Shown here: positions 1 to 8,515 of the stretch, piece after piece
How the letters are laid out: every line of letters begins with the position of its first letter
Numbering within the stretch: position 1 is the stretch's first letter
Assembly: GCA_027492035.1 (NCBI GenBank)
Contig: JAOZFT010000007.1
Coordinates: 27,195-91,194 of the forward strand
Source of the DNA: Thermoproteota archaeon
GTDB taxonomy: Archaea > Korarchaeota > JAOZGF01 > JAOZFZ01
Length of the DNA: 64,000 nt
Direction of reading: 5' to 3'
Program-made: the position numbers and the translations under genes
The notes under the pieces: model-generated
The model's database searches: none
Told to the model about the DNA's origin: nothing
What the model saw: the letters and a program-made list of their open reading frames with translations, nothing else

Positions 1-187
1 AACCTGTTAGGGTAAACAGCCAAAAAGCAATGTACATCCCAAGCATTATGAACTCTCCATGTGCAAAGTTTATTATTTCTAATACACCATAGATCATGTT
101 TAATCCTAAAGTGAAGAGTGCATATATTCCACCAATTAATATTCCTTCAATGGCGACTTCTAAGAGATGCTGCAGCAAAGCAGACAA
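1..187 (-). CDS. livH: Branched-chain amino acid ABC transporter permease (LivH family), 5' fragment; gene continues past the window start
   Basis: Not in the ORF track because it is partial. Minus-strand translation from TTG at 187 gives LSALLQHLLEVAIEGILIGGIYALFTLGLNMIYGVLEIINFAHGEFIMLGMYIAFWLFTLTG, a typical LivH N-terminus (G..YAL...G..MIYGV...INFAHGE). It lies 18 nt downstream of the binding-protein gene on the same strand. Confidence 0.7.
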   Translation of the reverse strand, partial: MSALLQHLLEVAIEGILIGGIYALFTLGLNMIYGVLEIINFAHGEFIMLGMYIAFWLFTLTG

Positions 188-205
188 ACCCCCTATTCTA
201 AACTT

Positions 206-1534
206 TTAACCTCCTCTTTCAGACCATGTAGGCATTGGGAAAACAACATCCCTAGTTGCAACATTCCAAGGCCAGATAGTGTAGGCTGTAGCGTTAAATG
301 TTTGGGTCATTATTCCCTTCACAAGGATATTTTGTCCGTTTTCAGGGTTGAATTTGATTCCATCCCATGCTGTAGGAAGTTTCTCAGCCGGCCAGTTGGT
401 TGCAAGTATAGCTTGCCTCAAGGCTTGGTGATCTGTCGAACCAGCTCTTTCAAGGACATCAGCTACCAAAAGTGCACCTACATAAGCTCTTATTGATGTA
501 CCGTCAAAGTGTTTACCGAACTTAGCATAGTAAGCATCATCAGCTTCTTTAGCAACAGGGTTTATTTTCTTCATGTCCGGTGCATAATTTTCTCTGTTAA
601 TTATGTAATCGCCATCTTTACCGACTGCTTTGAAGTAATCAGGGTGAGTGTAACCTACGTCTGTGGCTAAGATTATTTTCGGGTTTACGTCGTATTCTTT
701 CATTGTTTTAGTGAAAAGTATGGCGTCAGTAACGTACGAAGTCAACATTAAAACATCAGGGTTTGCAGATTTTATTTTTGAAACTTCGGATGTAACGTCA
801 GGGGTGTCGTGGCTGTAGGGGAGATCTAAAACAACTTGGTAACCGTGTTCAGCCGCATACTTCTTTTCTAGTTCACCCATGCTTGCCCCCCACAAAGTGT
901 TCTCGTAAACTACAGCCACCGTTTTTAATGGTACATTAGGGTACTTCTTTGTTAAATCACTTAAGAACTCAAAGAAGTTCCTGGCGAAAAGGTCATCATC
1001 GGGGGTTATTCTGAAAAACCATTTAAATCCTTGCTGGATTAATTTAGGTGATGTTGATTCAGGATTAATCATAGGTATTTCATATTTTTCAGCTACTCTA
1101 GCTACAGTTAAAGTGTTGGAACTTGCATAGGCTCCTGCAAGCATGCATACATGCTCCTCGGTGATAAGTCTCTCAGCTTCAGCAGCAGCTGTTTCAGGGT
1201 CCCCTTTACTATCGGCAAAAACAAAAACAAGTTTTGCTCCTCCCAAGGATTTTATTCCACCTTCAGAGTTCACTTTATCTTGGACAAGAAGAAAAGCGTC
1301 TCTTGCATCGGTTCCAGGTTTAGCTAGAGAACCTGTGAGCGGGTATACAACTCCAACTTTAACTTCTTTAACGGTAGGTGTTGGGGAAGGGGTTGCAGTT
1401 ACAGTAGGAGAAGGTGTAGGAGAAGGAGTTGGGGAAGGAGGCTGCCCCACACATCCTGCAATCAATAGAAGTAATGTAGCCGCCAATATTAAGGGGATTT
1501 TTCTATTTCCCCAACTTCTCATTTTTTTTGACAC
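206..1534 (-). CDS. ABC transporter substrate-binding lipoprotein, Leu/Ile/Val-binding (type 1 periplasmic binding protein) family
   Basis: 442-aa ORF. N-terminal signal ends in lipobox LLIAGC, followed by a PSPTPSPTPSPT...TPSPTPT linker. The body has the LivJ-like layout (VGVVYPLTGSLAKPG, GAYASS). It is followed by a LivH-like permease gene. Confidence 0.85.
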   Translation of the reverse strand: MSKKMRSWGNRKIPLILAATLLLLIAGCVGQPPSPTPSPTPSPTVTATPSPTPTVKEVKVGVVYPLTGSLAKPGTDARDAFLLVQDKVNSEGGIKSLGGAKLVFVFADSKGDPETAAAEAERLITEEHVCMLAGAYASSNTLTVARVAEKYEIPMINPESTSPKLIQQGFKWFFRITPDDDLFARNFFEFLSDLTKKYPNVPLKTVAVVYENTLWGASMGELEKKYAAEHGYQVVLDLPYSHDTPDVTSEVSKIKSANPDVLMLTSYVTDAILFTKTMKEYDVNPKIILATDVGYTHPDYFKAVGKDGDYIINRENYAPDMKKINPVAKEADDAYYAKFGKHFDGTSIRAYVGALLVADVLERAGSTDHQALRQAILATNWPAEKLPTAWDGIKFNPENGQNILVKGIMTQTFNATAYTIWPWNVATRDVVFPMPTWSERGG

Positions 1535-1588
1535 CCTTCTAAATTTTGTAATATTTAGTTTAGCTTGAGACGTTTTTATGCTTAAAAA

Positions 1589-1602
1589 TCTTTCTAGAAA
1601 GA
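1589..1602. repeat. Perfect 14-bp palindrome TCTTTCTAGAAAGA upstream of the binding-protein gene
   Basis: Read directly from the sequence. It sits 55-68 nt upstream of the start at 1534 (minus strand), in the 139-bp gap after the creatininase-family gene. Possible operator; function unknown. Confidence 0.3.
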
Positions 1603-1611
1603 AAAATTTTT

Positions 1612-1631
1612 AACTTTTTAATTAAAAAGTT
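1612..1631. repeat. Perfect 20-bp AT-rich palindrome AACTTTTTAATTAAAAAGTT
   Basis: Read directly from the sequence. It lies between the stop of the 1674..2447 gene and the start of the 206..1534 gene (both minus strand), flanked by T-runs on the minus strand. Could be a terminator or operator. AT-rich palindromes also arise by chance in DNA of this composition. Confidence 0.25.
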
Positions 1632-1673
1632 GACAGTTTTTTATCTTCAAATTTTATTTAAAGAAAGACTGGA

Positions 1674-2447
1674 TTACGTTTTTTTGATAAGTTCCACAAC
1701 GTTCTTTACCACTTTTTCATGGAAAATTTTCCCTTTTTCAAGACTTATTTTCGAGGGGTCCCCGCCTGTCCCGCCTGTTTCCCTGTATTTTTCAAGATTT
1801 TCCTTGGGAAGGTTAGGTACATAAATTACTGTATCTCTTAACAAGCTAGGGTCTGCAACAAAGAACTTTTTCAAACTTTCAACTTTACCCTTCACCTTCT
1901 CCAAATTCACTAATTCCTTCTTTATGTAAAGCATGTGAGAAGTTTCTTGTTCATCTCCATGTGAAATAGGGCCGAAGCCAAGTTTTTGCGCTTCTTCTCT
2001 AACTATATAAGAGGGATCTATAACATAAACCTTCACTTCTGCTTCTTCTTGTATTTTATAAGCTGCTATCTGTAGCCAAGGTAGGTTAACTATTCTGTGG
2101 CCGTTTATAACTACTATTTTTTTGAATCCGTGTTTGGCAAGAGACAGCCCTACATCTTTTAGGAGTTCAATTAAGACTTCAGGTCTTATGTTTATTGTTC
2201 CTGGATAGGCCATGTGTTGAGGGGACCAGCCGAACCATAAGGGGGGAGTAACAACTGCTCCTGTTTCTTTTGCCACATCTTCAGATATTTTGATGGCTAT
2301 AAAGGTGTCAGTTCCTTCAGGTAAATGTTTACCATGTTGCTCAGTGCTTCCTACAGGGACTATGGCTAACCCTACTTTACTTATTCTCTCCTTTACTTCT
2401 TCCCAAGTCATTTCCTGTAACCAAACTTTTTTATACAGGTTTATCAC
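1674..2447 (-). CDS. Creatininase-family amidohydrolase (ArfB-like/creatinine amidohydrolase family)
   Basis: 257-aa ORF with the family motifs PVGSTEQHGKHLPEGTD and VVINGHRIVN. Confidence 0.8.
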   Translation of the reverse strand: MINLYKKVWLQEMTWEEVKERISKVGLAIVPVGSTEQHGKHLPEGTDTFIAIKISEDVAKETGAVVTPPLWFGWSPQHMAYPGTINIRPEVLIELLKDVGLSLAKHGFKKIVVINGHRIVNLPWLQIAAYKIQEEAEVKVYVIDPSYIVREEAQKLGFGPISHGDEQETSHMLYIKKELVNLEKVKGKVESLKKFFVADPSLLRDTVIYVPNLPKENLEKYRETGGTGGDPSKISLEKGKIFHEKVVKNVVELIKKT

Positions 2448-2721
2448 CTCAAAAAAATCAATGGTTCCTTTTAGAAAGGGCCTTCAGTTACTTTTTGAAC
2501 ATGTTGAGAAATAATTTAAAGTTTTAGGGCTTGACGTTGTCGGTGTTTATCGATAAGGAACTATTTTCCTTTTCCTTACACCTGGTCCTTCCTCTGAATT
2601 TTGGTAACATTTTTAAATAAATTTATGAATTTATTCCTTACTTTTTGAAACAAAACAGGAATTTGTTTAAAGGAAAATAACTGAAATCTTTAAAATCATT
2701 TTTGGTGAAGAGGTGAAGCTA

Positions 2722-4200
2722 ATGAGTATTTTAAAGGAAGTTAGGAGCCATTACGGGAAATTAAACCTTTTTATTAACGGAGAAGTTATTGAATCAGAAT
2801 CTTCAGAGGTATACCCTGTCATGAACCCAGCTAAAGATGAAACAATTGCTAAGGTTCCGTTTGCAACTAAAGAAGAGGTTGATATAGCTGTTAAATCTGC
2901 AGCTGAGGCCTTTGAAAGATGGAAAGAACTCCCTATAACTACTAGAATCCGTTACATTTTCAAGATGAGGAATTTAATGGAGGCACATTTTGAAGAAATA
3001 GCTAGAATAACTACACAAAACCATGGAAAAATTATAAGTGAGAGTAGGGGGGAGGTTAGAAGATTAGTTGAAAACATTGAGTCAGCCTGTGCAGTAGCCT
3101 ATTCTTTGTCAAAAGGAGAAAATATGGATCAAATTGCTTCAGGTATTGACGAAACATTAATTAGGGAGCCTTTAGGTGTTTTTGCGATAATATGCCCATT
3201 TAATTTTCCAGCTATGGTTCCTTTCTGGTTTCTTCCTTACGCTGTTGTACTTGGTTGCCCTGTCATTGTTAAACCAAGCGAAATAACTCCTATAGCTACA
3301 GACTGGGCGTTTAAAATTATGAAAGAACTTAATCTACCACCAGGGGTTATTAACATGGTGCACGGCAGTAAAGAAGTTGTGGAGAGGTTGGTGACTCATC
3401 CTAAAATAAAAGGTATAACTTTTGTAGGTTCTACGCGAGTAGGCAGTTACTTGTACAAGTTAGTTGGGGAACATGGGAAAAGGGCAATTATTCAAGCAGG
3501 TGCTAAAAACTTTATAGTGGTTATGCCTGATGCTGATTTAGAGAAAACAATTCCGGCCTTGCTTACGTCTTTCTATGGAAACACTGGGCAAAGATGCTTG
3601 TCAGGAGCTAATTTAGTGGCTGTAGGGGATGTTTATGAAAAATTAAAGGAAAAATTTGTTAAAGCAGCTTCTGAGTTAAAAATAGGGTACGGGTTAGATG
3701 AATCAGTAGAAATGGGGCCAGTAACTACAAAGAAAGCAAGGGAGAGAATAATTGGGTATATTGAGAAAGGCATAGAGGAAGGTGCGAAATTAATACTAGA
3801 CGGACGGAAAGTTGAAGTTAAGGGTTACCCTAACGGTTACTTTCTTGGCCCTAGTATTTTTGACAATGTTACACCGGATATGGTTATAGCTAGAGACGAA
3901 ATTTTCGGGCCTGTCGCCAATATTTTAAGAACTGAAAACCTAGAGGAAGCAATTGAAATCATAAATGAAAGCAATTATGGAAATGCTGCCTGTATTTTCA
4001 CTTCAAGCGGCAAGTGGGCTAGAGAGTTCAGACGTAAAGTTGAAGCTGGAAATATAGGAATAAACATTGGAATAGCTGCGCCTATGGCTTTCTTCCCATT
4101 CGCTGGAAGAAAAGAATCTTTCTTCGGAGTTCTTCATGGACAAATAGACAGTGTAGATTTCTTCACAGACAAGAAGGTGGTTATCACAAGATGGTGGTAA
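2722..4200 (+). CDS. Aldehyde dehydrogenase, methylmalonate-semialdehyde dehydrogenase (CoA-acylating)-like
   Basis: ORF 2713..4200. ATG at 2722 is preferred because GAGGTGA lies 5 nt upstream. ALDH motifs: FPAMVPFW, catalytic Cys in GQRCLSG, and MMSDH-type GAKNFIVVMPDAD in place of ELGGK. Confidence 0.85.
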   Translation: MSILKEVRSHYGKLNLFINGEVIESESSEVYPVMNPAKDETIAKVPFATKEEVDIAVKSAAEAFERWKELPITTRIRYIFKMRNLMEAHFEEIARITTQNHGKIISESRGEVRRLVENIESACAVAYSLSKGENMDQIASGIDETLIREPLGVFAIICPFNFPAMVPFWFLPYAVVLGCPVIVKPSEITPIATDWAFKIMKELNLPPGVINMVHGSKEVVERLVTHPKIKGITFVGSTRVGSYLYKLVGEHGKRAIIQAGAKNFIVVMPDADLEKTIPALLTSFYGNTGQRCLSGANLVAVGDVYEKLKEKFVKAASELKIGYGLDESVEMGPVTTKKARERIIGYIEKGIEEGAKLILDGRKVEVKGYPNGYFLGPSIFDNVTPDMVIARDEIFGPVANILRTENLEEAIEIINESNYGNAACIFTSSGKWAREFRRKVEAGNIGINIGIAAPMAFFPFAGRKESFFGVLHGQIDSVDFFTDKKVVITRWW

Positions 4201-4204
4201 AAAA

Positions 4205-4648
4205 TTGGGTTCGCTGAGACTGAATTTCAACCAAATCATAAACTTGTTGATCAAGTTAGAAGAGGAAGTAATAAATTTTTACAATGAAGCAGCTACTAAA
4301 ACCGAAAATCCAGAAATTAAAAAAACACTTGAATCATTAAGTAAGGAAAGCATGGAACATAAGACTTTATTGATTAAAACAAGTAGAGAAACTGTTACTG
4401 AAATGACTTTAGAACCTGTTACGGGTTTAAATCTTGAAGAAAAATTAAATCTTTTAAAAAAGGAATTAAGGGAAGGGAAAGAGGACATTAAAACGAAACT
4501 TGTCAAAGTTGAGGAGACAATCAAAGAAATTTATTTGGAAACATCAAAAAAAATCATGTATATTTCCGGAGATACATCCTATTTACTTGAGAGATTCGCA
4601 AAGCAGTGCAACGAAAAAATTATGGAAATTAAGAAAATGGGAAAATGA
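4205..4648 (+). CDS. Hypothetical helical protein, rubrerythrin/ferritin-like N-terminal half
   Basis: 147-aa ORF starting 5 nt after the ALDH stop. LEEEVINFYNEAA...KESMEHKTLL resembles the first E...ExxH half-site of rubrerythrin-like four-helix bundles. No second ExxH is seen. Confidence 0.5.
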   Translation: MGSLRLNFNQIINLLIKLEEEVINFYNEAATKTENPEIKKTLESLSKESMEHKTLLIKTSRETVTEMTLEPVTGLNLEEKLNLLKKELREGKEDIKTKLVKVEETIKEIYLETSKKIMYISGDTSYLLERFAKQCNEKIMEIKKMGK

Positions 4649-4714
4649 ATTTCTTTAAGTATAAACCCTTTACTCTTTTTTGGTTTAATTAAGCAGTTTT
4701 TCCCTTTTCCAGCA

Positions 4715-5170
4715 TTAAAGAAATAAATATAGAACAAGGAGGAGATAAGAGGCAGCATTAGTGAGAAAAGAAACCTTTAGAAGATCTAGTTTAGGAAATT
4801 TGAAAAAAATCAAGTAAACAATAAATTCAATTAATGAAGAAGTTAGGAAGGCAACAATAAAAAACTTTATATACCTCGAAATTAAAGGAATGAATAATCC
4901 TGCGAAAGAACTAGTTAAATTAGCTACGCAAACAACAATTAAAATTTTTTTCAAAGAAGCATTTAAGCCTTTCTTAACTAAAACAAACTTGTTATACACT
5001 ACAAAAATTAAGAACTCTAAAATGAAAACAAAGGGAAGAAAAGGCAAATTGAAGAAAGTTAATGGAAAGGCAACATCTAGCAATATATTTCTTAAATTTG
5101 AAACAAAAATTAAAACTTTATTCAAAGAAAAATTTATCATAAGATAAATCAACCTTTTTCCTTTTAACAT
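4715..5170 (-). CDS. Hypothetical polytopic membrane protein
   Basis: 151-aa ORF, strongly hydrophobic with about 4 predicted TM segments. No recognisable family. Confidence 0.45.
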   Translation of the reverse strand: MLKGKRLIYLMINFSLNKVLIFVSNLRNILLDVAFPLTFFNLPFLPFVFILEFLIFVVYNKFVLVKKGLNASLKKILIVVCVANLTSSFAGLFIPLISRYIKFFIVAFLTSSLIEFIVYLIFFKFPKLDLLKVSFLTNAASYLLLVLYLFL

Positions 5171-5201
5171 TTAAAAGAAAGGTGTTTTAATTTTAAAACA
5201 G

Positions 5202-5789
5202 TTGGAAGTGATTATTGTGGATGCATCACTGGAAAACAAAAAAGTTGCAGGTCTACTTTTAATTATTGGTTCTATTATTTCTATACTGGGAATAATTGTC
5301 TCTGAAGCTTTATACCCTGGCTACAGCACCTCAAAAAATTACATTAGTGACTTAGGAGTTGGCCCTTCTGCAAACATATTTAATTCCTCCCTTGTTATCC
5401 TTGGTCTCTTAATATTTGGTAGCGTATATTCCCTGAGTAAATCATCAAAAAACAAAATTTTTCTTGCGCTGTTGTGTTTAGCAGGTGTAGGGGCAGTAGG
5501 GGTTGGAGTGTTTACAGAAGAAGCTGGAGTTCTTCATGGAATATTTTCGTTAATTGTTTTTCTTTTCGGAGGTTTAGCAGCTATAGCTTCTTATAAACTT
5601 CAAGAACCGCCAACATCTTATTTTTCAGTGATTCTAGGAGTAATGGTGCTTTTGGCATTAATACTATTTACTTCACATAATTACTTAAACCTAGGTAAGG
5701 GAGGAATGGAAAGACTTATTGCTTACCCAGCTTTGCTTTGGGGGATAGTTTTTGGTGGTTACCTTACTGGTGAAGGAAGCAAAGAATAA
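5202..5789 (+). CDS. DUF998-family membrane protein
   Basis: 195-aa ORF with 5-6 TM segments and the family-typical YPGYSTSKNYISDLG motif after TM1. Confidence 0.6.
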   Translation: MEVIIVDASLENKKVAGLLLIIGSIISILGIIVSEALYPGYSTSKNYISDLGVGPSANIFNSSLVILGLLIFGSVYSLSKSSKNKIFLALLCLAGVGAVGVGVFTEEAGVLHGIFSLIVFLFGGLAAIASYKLQEPPTSYFSVILGVMVLLALILFTSHNYLNLGKGGMERLIAYPALLWGIVFGGYLTGEGSKE

Positions 5790-5840
5790 AACCAGTTTAT
5801 TCTTCAAAGTTTTCTTAACCTAGCTTAAGAGTTACTAACC

Positions 5841-6203
5841 TTAATACCTCCTTCTTCTTTTTCTTTTCACCCATCCTCTCCAGTAATTAGCCATGTTTTC
5901 TAATGCTTCTGAAAATGTTTCTGAAAGCCTGTATTCATTTTCTATCCTGTACACTAAACCCACAGCCCTCATTCTCTTCAACAGATAATAATAACTATTT
6001 AATGGCAAGTTTAGTTCTTTTGCTATCTTTTTATAGTTTGAACTGTTAACTTCTCTTTTGGCTATTTTATTCAATAACTTTTCTGCTTTCTCAGCCACAA
6101 AAGGTTTCTTAAAAAAAATTTTTTCTAAAATGTCTTTTACACTCAAAATTTCAGGATCTTTAACATTTATTTGAAGATAACCTTGTGTTTTCTTTGTGGG
6201 CAT
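5841..6203 (-). CDS. Small winged-helix DNA-binding protein with basic C-terminal tail
   Basis: 120-aa ORF. KKIAKELNLPLNSYYYLLKRMRAVGLVYRIENEYRL looks like an HTH plus wing. The C-terminus is KRKRRRRY. Divergent from the ATP-cone nuclease gene. Confidence 0.5.
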   Translation of the reverse strand: MPTKKTQGYLQINVKDPEILSVKDILEKIFFKKPFVAEKAEKLLNKIAKREVNSSNYKKIAKELNLPLNSYYYLLKRMRAVGLVYRIENEYRLSETFSEALENMANYWRGWVKRKRRRRY

Positions 6204-6345
6204 TTCCTTTCACATTATTACTGAAGAAAAGTTTATTGAGAAGGATTTATCCTAATCTTTTTAAATCTAAAATTTTTTAGTTTAGAAAATTAGAGTTTCG
6301 GTATTAATTAAAGACTTTTTAATATGTTGGGGAAGAGGATGTATT

Positions 6346-7179
6346 TTGAAACTTGTCACTAGGGCCGATGGGTCGAAACAAATTTTTGACAGGAGGAAAG
6401 TAATAAACACTTGTTTGAAGATGGGTTTAAACAAACGTGAAGCTGAAAATATAAGTTTAATGGTTGAAGAAGAATGTTACAATGGAATCTCAACTGGAGA
6501 AATACTTAAAAAAATTTTTACGTTAGCTGAGCAGTACAGGGAAGGGTTTAAGCATAGGTTAGACCTTAAATTTGCAATTTCTCTTTTACCTCCCAAACCT
6601 GAATTTGAATCATTCACCAGGTTACTTCTTCAAAGCCAAGGTTTTAATACTTCCCCTGGAGGGGTGTTTAAAGGGAAATGTGTTGAACATGAAATAGATG
6701 GTGTTTTAAGTAGAGAGGATATTACTTATTTGTTAGAAGTGAAACATCACTTAAACCACCACGCTTACACAGGTTTAGATGTATGTTTAGTAGCTTATTC
6801 AACTTTTAACGACTTAAACGCTGCATTTTTTGAAGGAATAAGTAAAATTTATTTTCAGAAAGTTTTGATAGTTTGTAATACTAAATTCTCTGCACATGCA
6901 AAAAAATATGCTGCATGCAAAGGAATTGAATTGATAGGTTGGAAAACACCTGAAAACAAAGGTTTAGAGGAATTAATAAGAGAAAAAAAGCTTTATCCAG
7001 TGACTGTTCTAAATAGTTTAAGTCGGTTAGAGAGGAAAATTCTTTTAAAAGCTGGGTTCCTAACTTTAAAACAAATAATTAATCAAGACATTGATGAGTT
7101 GAAGAAGAAAGTTAAAATTAATGAATTAAGGCTTCGAAAGATAAGAAGTGAAGCTGAAAAAGTTTTTACTATTTATTAA
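6346..7179 (+). CDS. ATP-cone domain fused to a PD-(D/E)xK (Mrr-like) restriction-endonuclease-fold domain with a C-terminal helix-hairpin-helix-like tail
   Basis: 277-aa ORF. The N-terminus MKLVTRADGSKQIFDRRKVINT...GEILKKIF matches the ATP-cone pattern (V.KrdG..e.Fd..Ki). The centre has HEIDGV...YLLEVKHH (D...ExK). The tail is LTLKQIINQDIDELKK...LRKIRSEA. Confidence 0.65.
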   Translation: MKLVTRADGSKQIFDRRKVINTCLKMGLNKREAENISLMVEEECYNGISTGEILKKIFTLAEQYREGFKHRLDLKFAISLLPPKPEFESFTRLLLQSQGFNTSPGGVFKGKCVEHEIDGVLSREDITYLLEVKHHLNHHAYTGLDVCLVAYSTFNDLNAAFFEGISKIYFQKVLIVCNTKFSAHAKKYAACKGIELIGWKTPENKGLEELIREKKLYPVTVLNSLSRLERKILLKAGFLTLKQIINQDIDELKKKVKINELRLRKIRSEAEKVFTIY

Positions 7180-7318
7180 CTAAAACATATTATAGTTTCA
7201 TTTCTTATTTACTCCACAAATTTTTTAAAAATCTTCTTTCAAAAAACAAGTTAGTAACCTTAAAACAAAGCAATTTTTAAGAGTTACTTTGAAATATTAA
7301 GTTTTCGAGGACTGGGTA

Positions 7319-8275
7319 ATGTTAAAAAAGGAGTTACTGCCATTACTTCTCCTTTTTCTTCCACTTTCTATTTTGCAGGTTGAAGCTGCACCCCCTACTC
7401 AAACTAAACTCCTTTTTTTACAATATAACATAACAATTGAACTGGATGAAATAGCACATGAAACGCTTAAGTTAAAACTGAAAAATTTAGGGAACAGTCC
7501 TGTTAAAGTTTTTAATTTCACAGTGTTAGTTGAAACTTCAAATTTTAAGGTTAAAGACGATTTTGGAAATGTGGAATTTGGTGAAAAAAAAGGCAAAACT
7601 ATAGAATGTTACTTAAACAAACCTATATTGCCAAATTCAGAAGCAAACCTAACTATCAGTTTCAACTCTCCAGATTTCATAGGTAAAATAAAAGATAAAT
7701 ACATTTTTGGGCTTGGGTACTTAGTTGAAGCAGAAACGAAAGTTTTTTGTTTAAGAGTTTCCCTTCCTGAAGGGATGGGGATAGTTTCCCCAAAGTTAAA
7801 AGGCATATCCTACCCATCAATTCATCCCCATCCTCAAAGACTCTACACTGACGGTAGACGAATAATTGTGGAATGGGAATACTTGAACCTTTCACGCAAA
7901 GAAAGTTTAGATTTTTCTGTGAAATATGAACCCATGTATAGAGGTAAAAACGTGCAAAGTGCTTTTCTAAACATGTCTTTTTTAATTTTATCCTTTATTT
8001 TTGGTTTATCACTTGGACTAGCCCCTTTTTTCCTAGTACTAAGGAAGAGAAAAACAGATTATCAACCACGGATCTTCACAATAAATAAAGCACATAAAGA
8101 AATATTGGACGCAATAAAAGAAAGAAATGGAGAAATTACTCAAGAAGAACTTTCTAAAATCCTCAACATGTCCAAATCAAAGATAAGCACAGCATTAACA
8201 GAGCTTGAAAGGGCGGGGGTAATTAAAAGAGAGCAGTTCGGTAAAACAAAGATGATTCATTTAGTAATTAGGTAA
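7319..8275 (+). CDS. Single-pass membrane protein: signal peptide, about 200-aa extracytoplasmic domain, TM segment, cytoplasmic winged-helix (MarR/TrmB-like) domain
   Basis: 318-aa ORF. N-terminal LLPLLLLFLPLSILQVEA, TM segment FLILSFIFGLSLGLAPFFLVL followed by RKRK, then HKEILDAIKERNGEITQEELSKILNMSKSKISTALTELERAGVIKRE. Confidence 0.6.
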   Translation: MLKKELLPLLLLFLPLSILQVEAAPPTQTKLLFLQYNITIELDEIAHETLKLKLKNLGNSPVKVFNFTVLVETSNFKVKDDFGNVEFGEKKGKTIECYLNKPILPNSEANLTISFNSPDFIGKIKDKYIFGLGYLVEAETKVFCLRVSLPEGMGIVSPKLKGISYPSIHPHPQRLYTDGRRIIVEWEYLNLSRKESLDFSVKYEPMYRGKNVQSAFLNMSFLILSFIFGLSLGLAPFFLVLRKRKTDYQPRIFTINKAHKEILDAIKERNGEITQEELSKILNMSKSKISTALTELERAGVIKREQFGKTKMIHLVIR

Positions 8276-8515
8276 TTCCAAAAGAAATTCTGGAGTAGGA
8301 TTTCGACACCTAAGAACTAAATTTTTGGTAATTCTTTCTAAAAAACTTTTTTTGACCACTAAAAACCGTTCTGAAATGTTCTGAAAAGTATTAAGTGGAG
8401 GAAATAAATTTAATTTTTATTTCCATGTTTTTCTTAGAATTCACCGTGAGAAAACCTTAAATAAAATTTCTCAGTCTGTTTAAAGCCGAAAATTTTCAAA
8501 AAGGTGGAACAAGAA

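Noticed and set aside
167-1568. Plus-strand ORFs 167..496 and 1143..1568 overlapping the binding-protein gene
   Set aside because: They are antisense shadows of a well-supported minus-strand CDS. 1143..1568 is driven by the reverse complement of the PSPT linker (GEGVGEGVGEG). The same reasoning applies to 14139..14414, 15498..15791, 17277..17525, 17838..18216, 27443..27847, 29780..30496, 33261..33593, 43485..43682, 49328..49669 and 54463..54726, and to the other short ORFs nested in or opposite longer recognisable genes.
2616-2635. Inverted repeat AATAAATT-tatg-AATTTATT in the creatininase/ALDH divergent region
   Set aside because: The arms are pure A/T 8-mers in AT-rich DNA and are expected by chance. 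It overlaps TATA-like sequence, and there is no second copy or other support.
8368-8424. C/D-box sRNA or terminator between 8275 and 8516 (GTTCTGAAA-t-GTTCTGAAA direct repeat; hairpin GGAAATAAA-N7-TTTATTTCC)
   Set aside because: CTGA motifs are present, but no RUGAUGA C box lies at a suitable distance. The hairpin is entirely A/T-rich, about 125 nt from the upstream stop, and followed by only T5. This is too weak to annotate.
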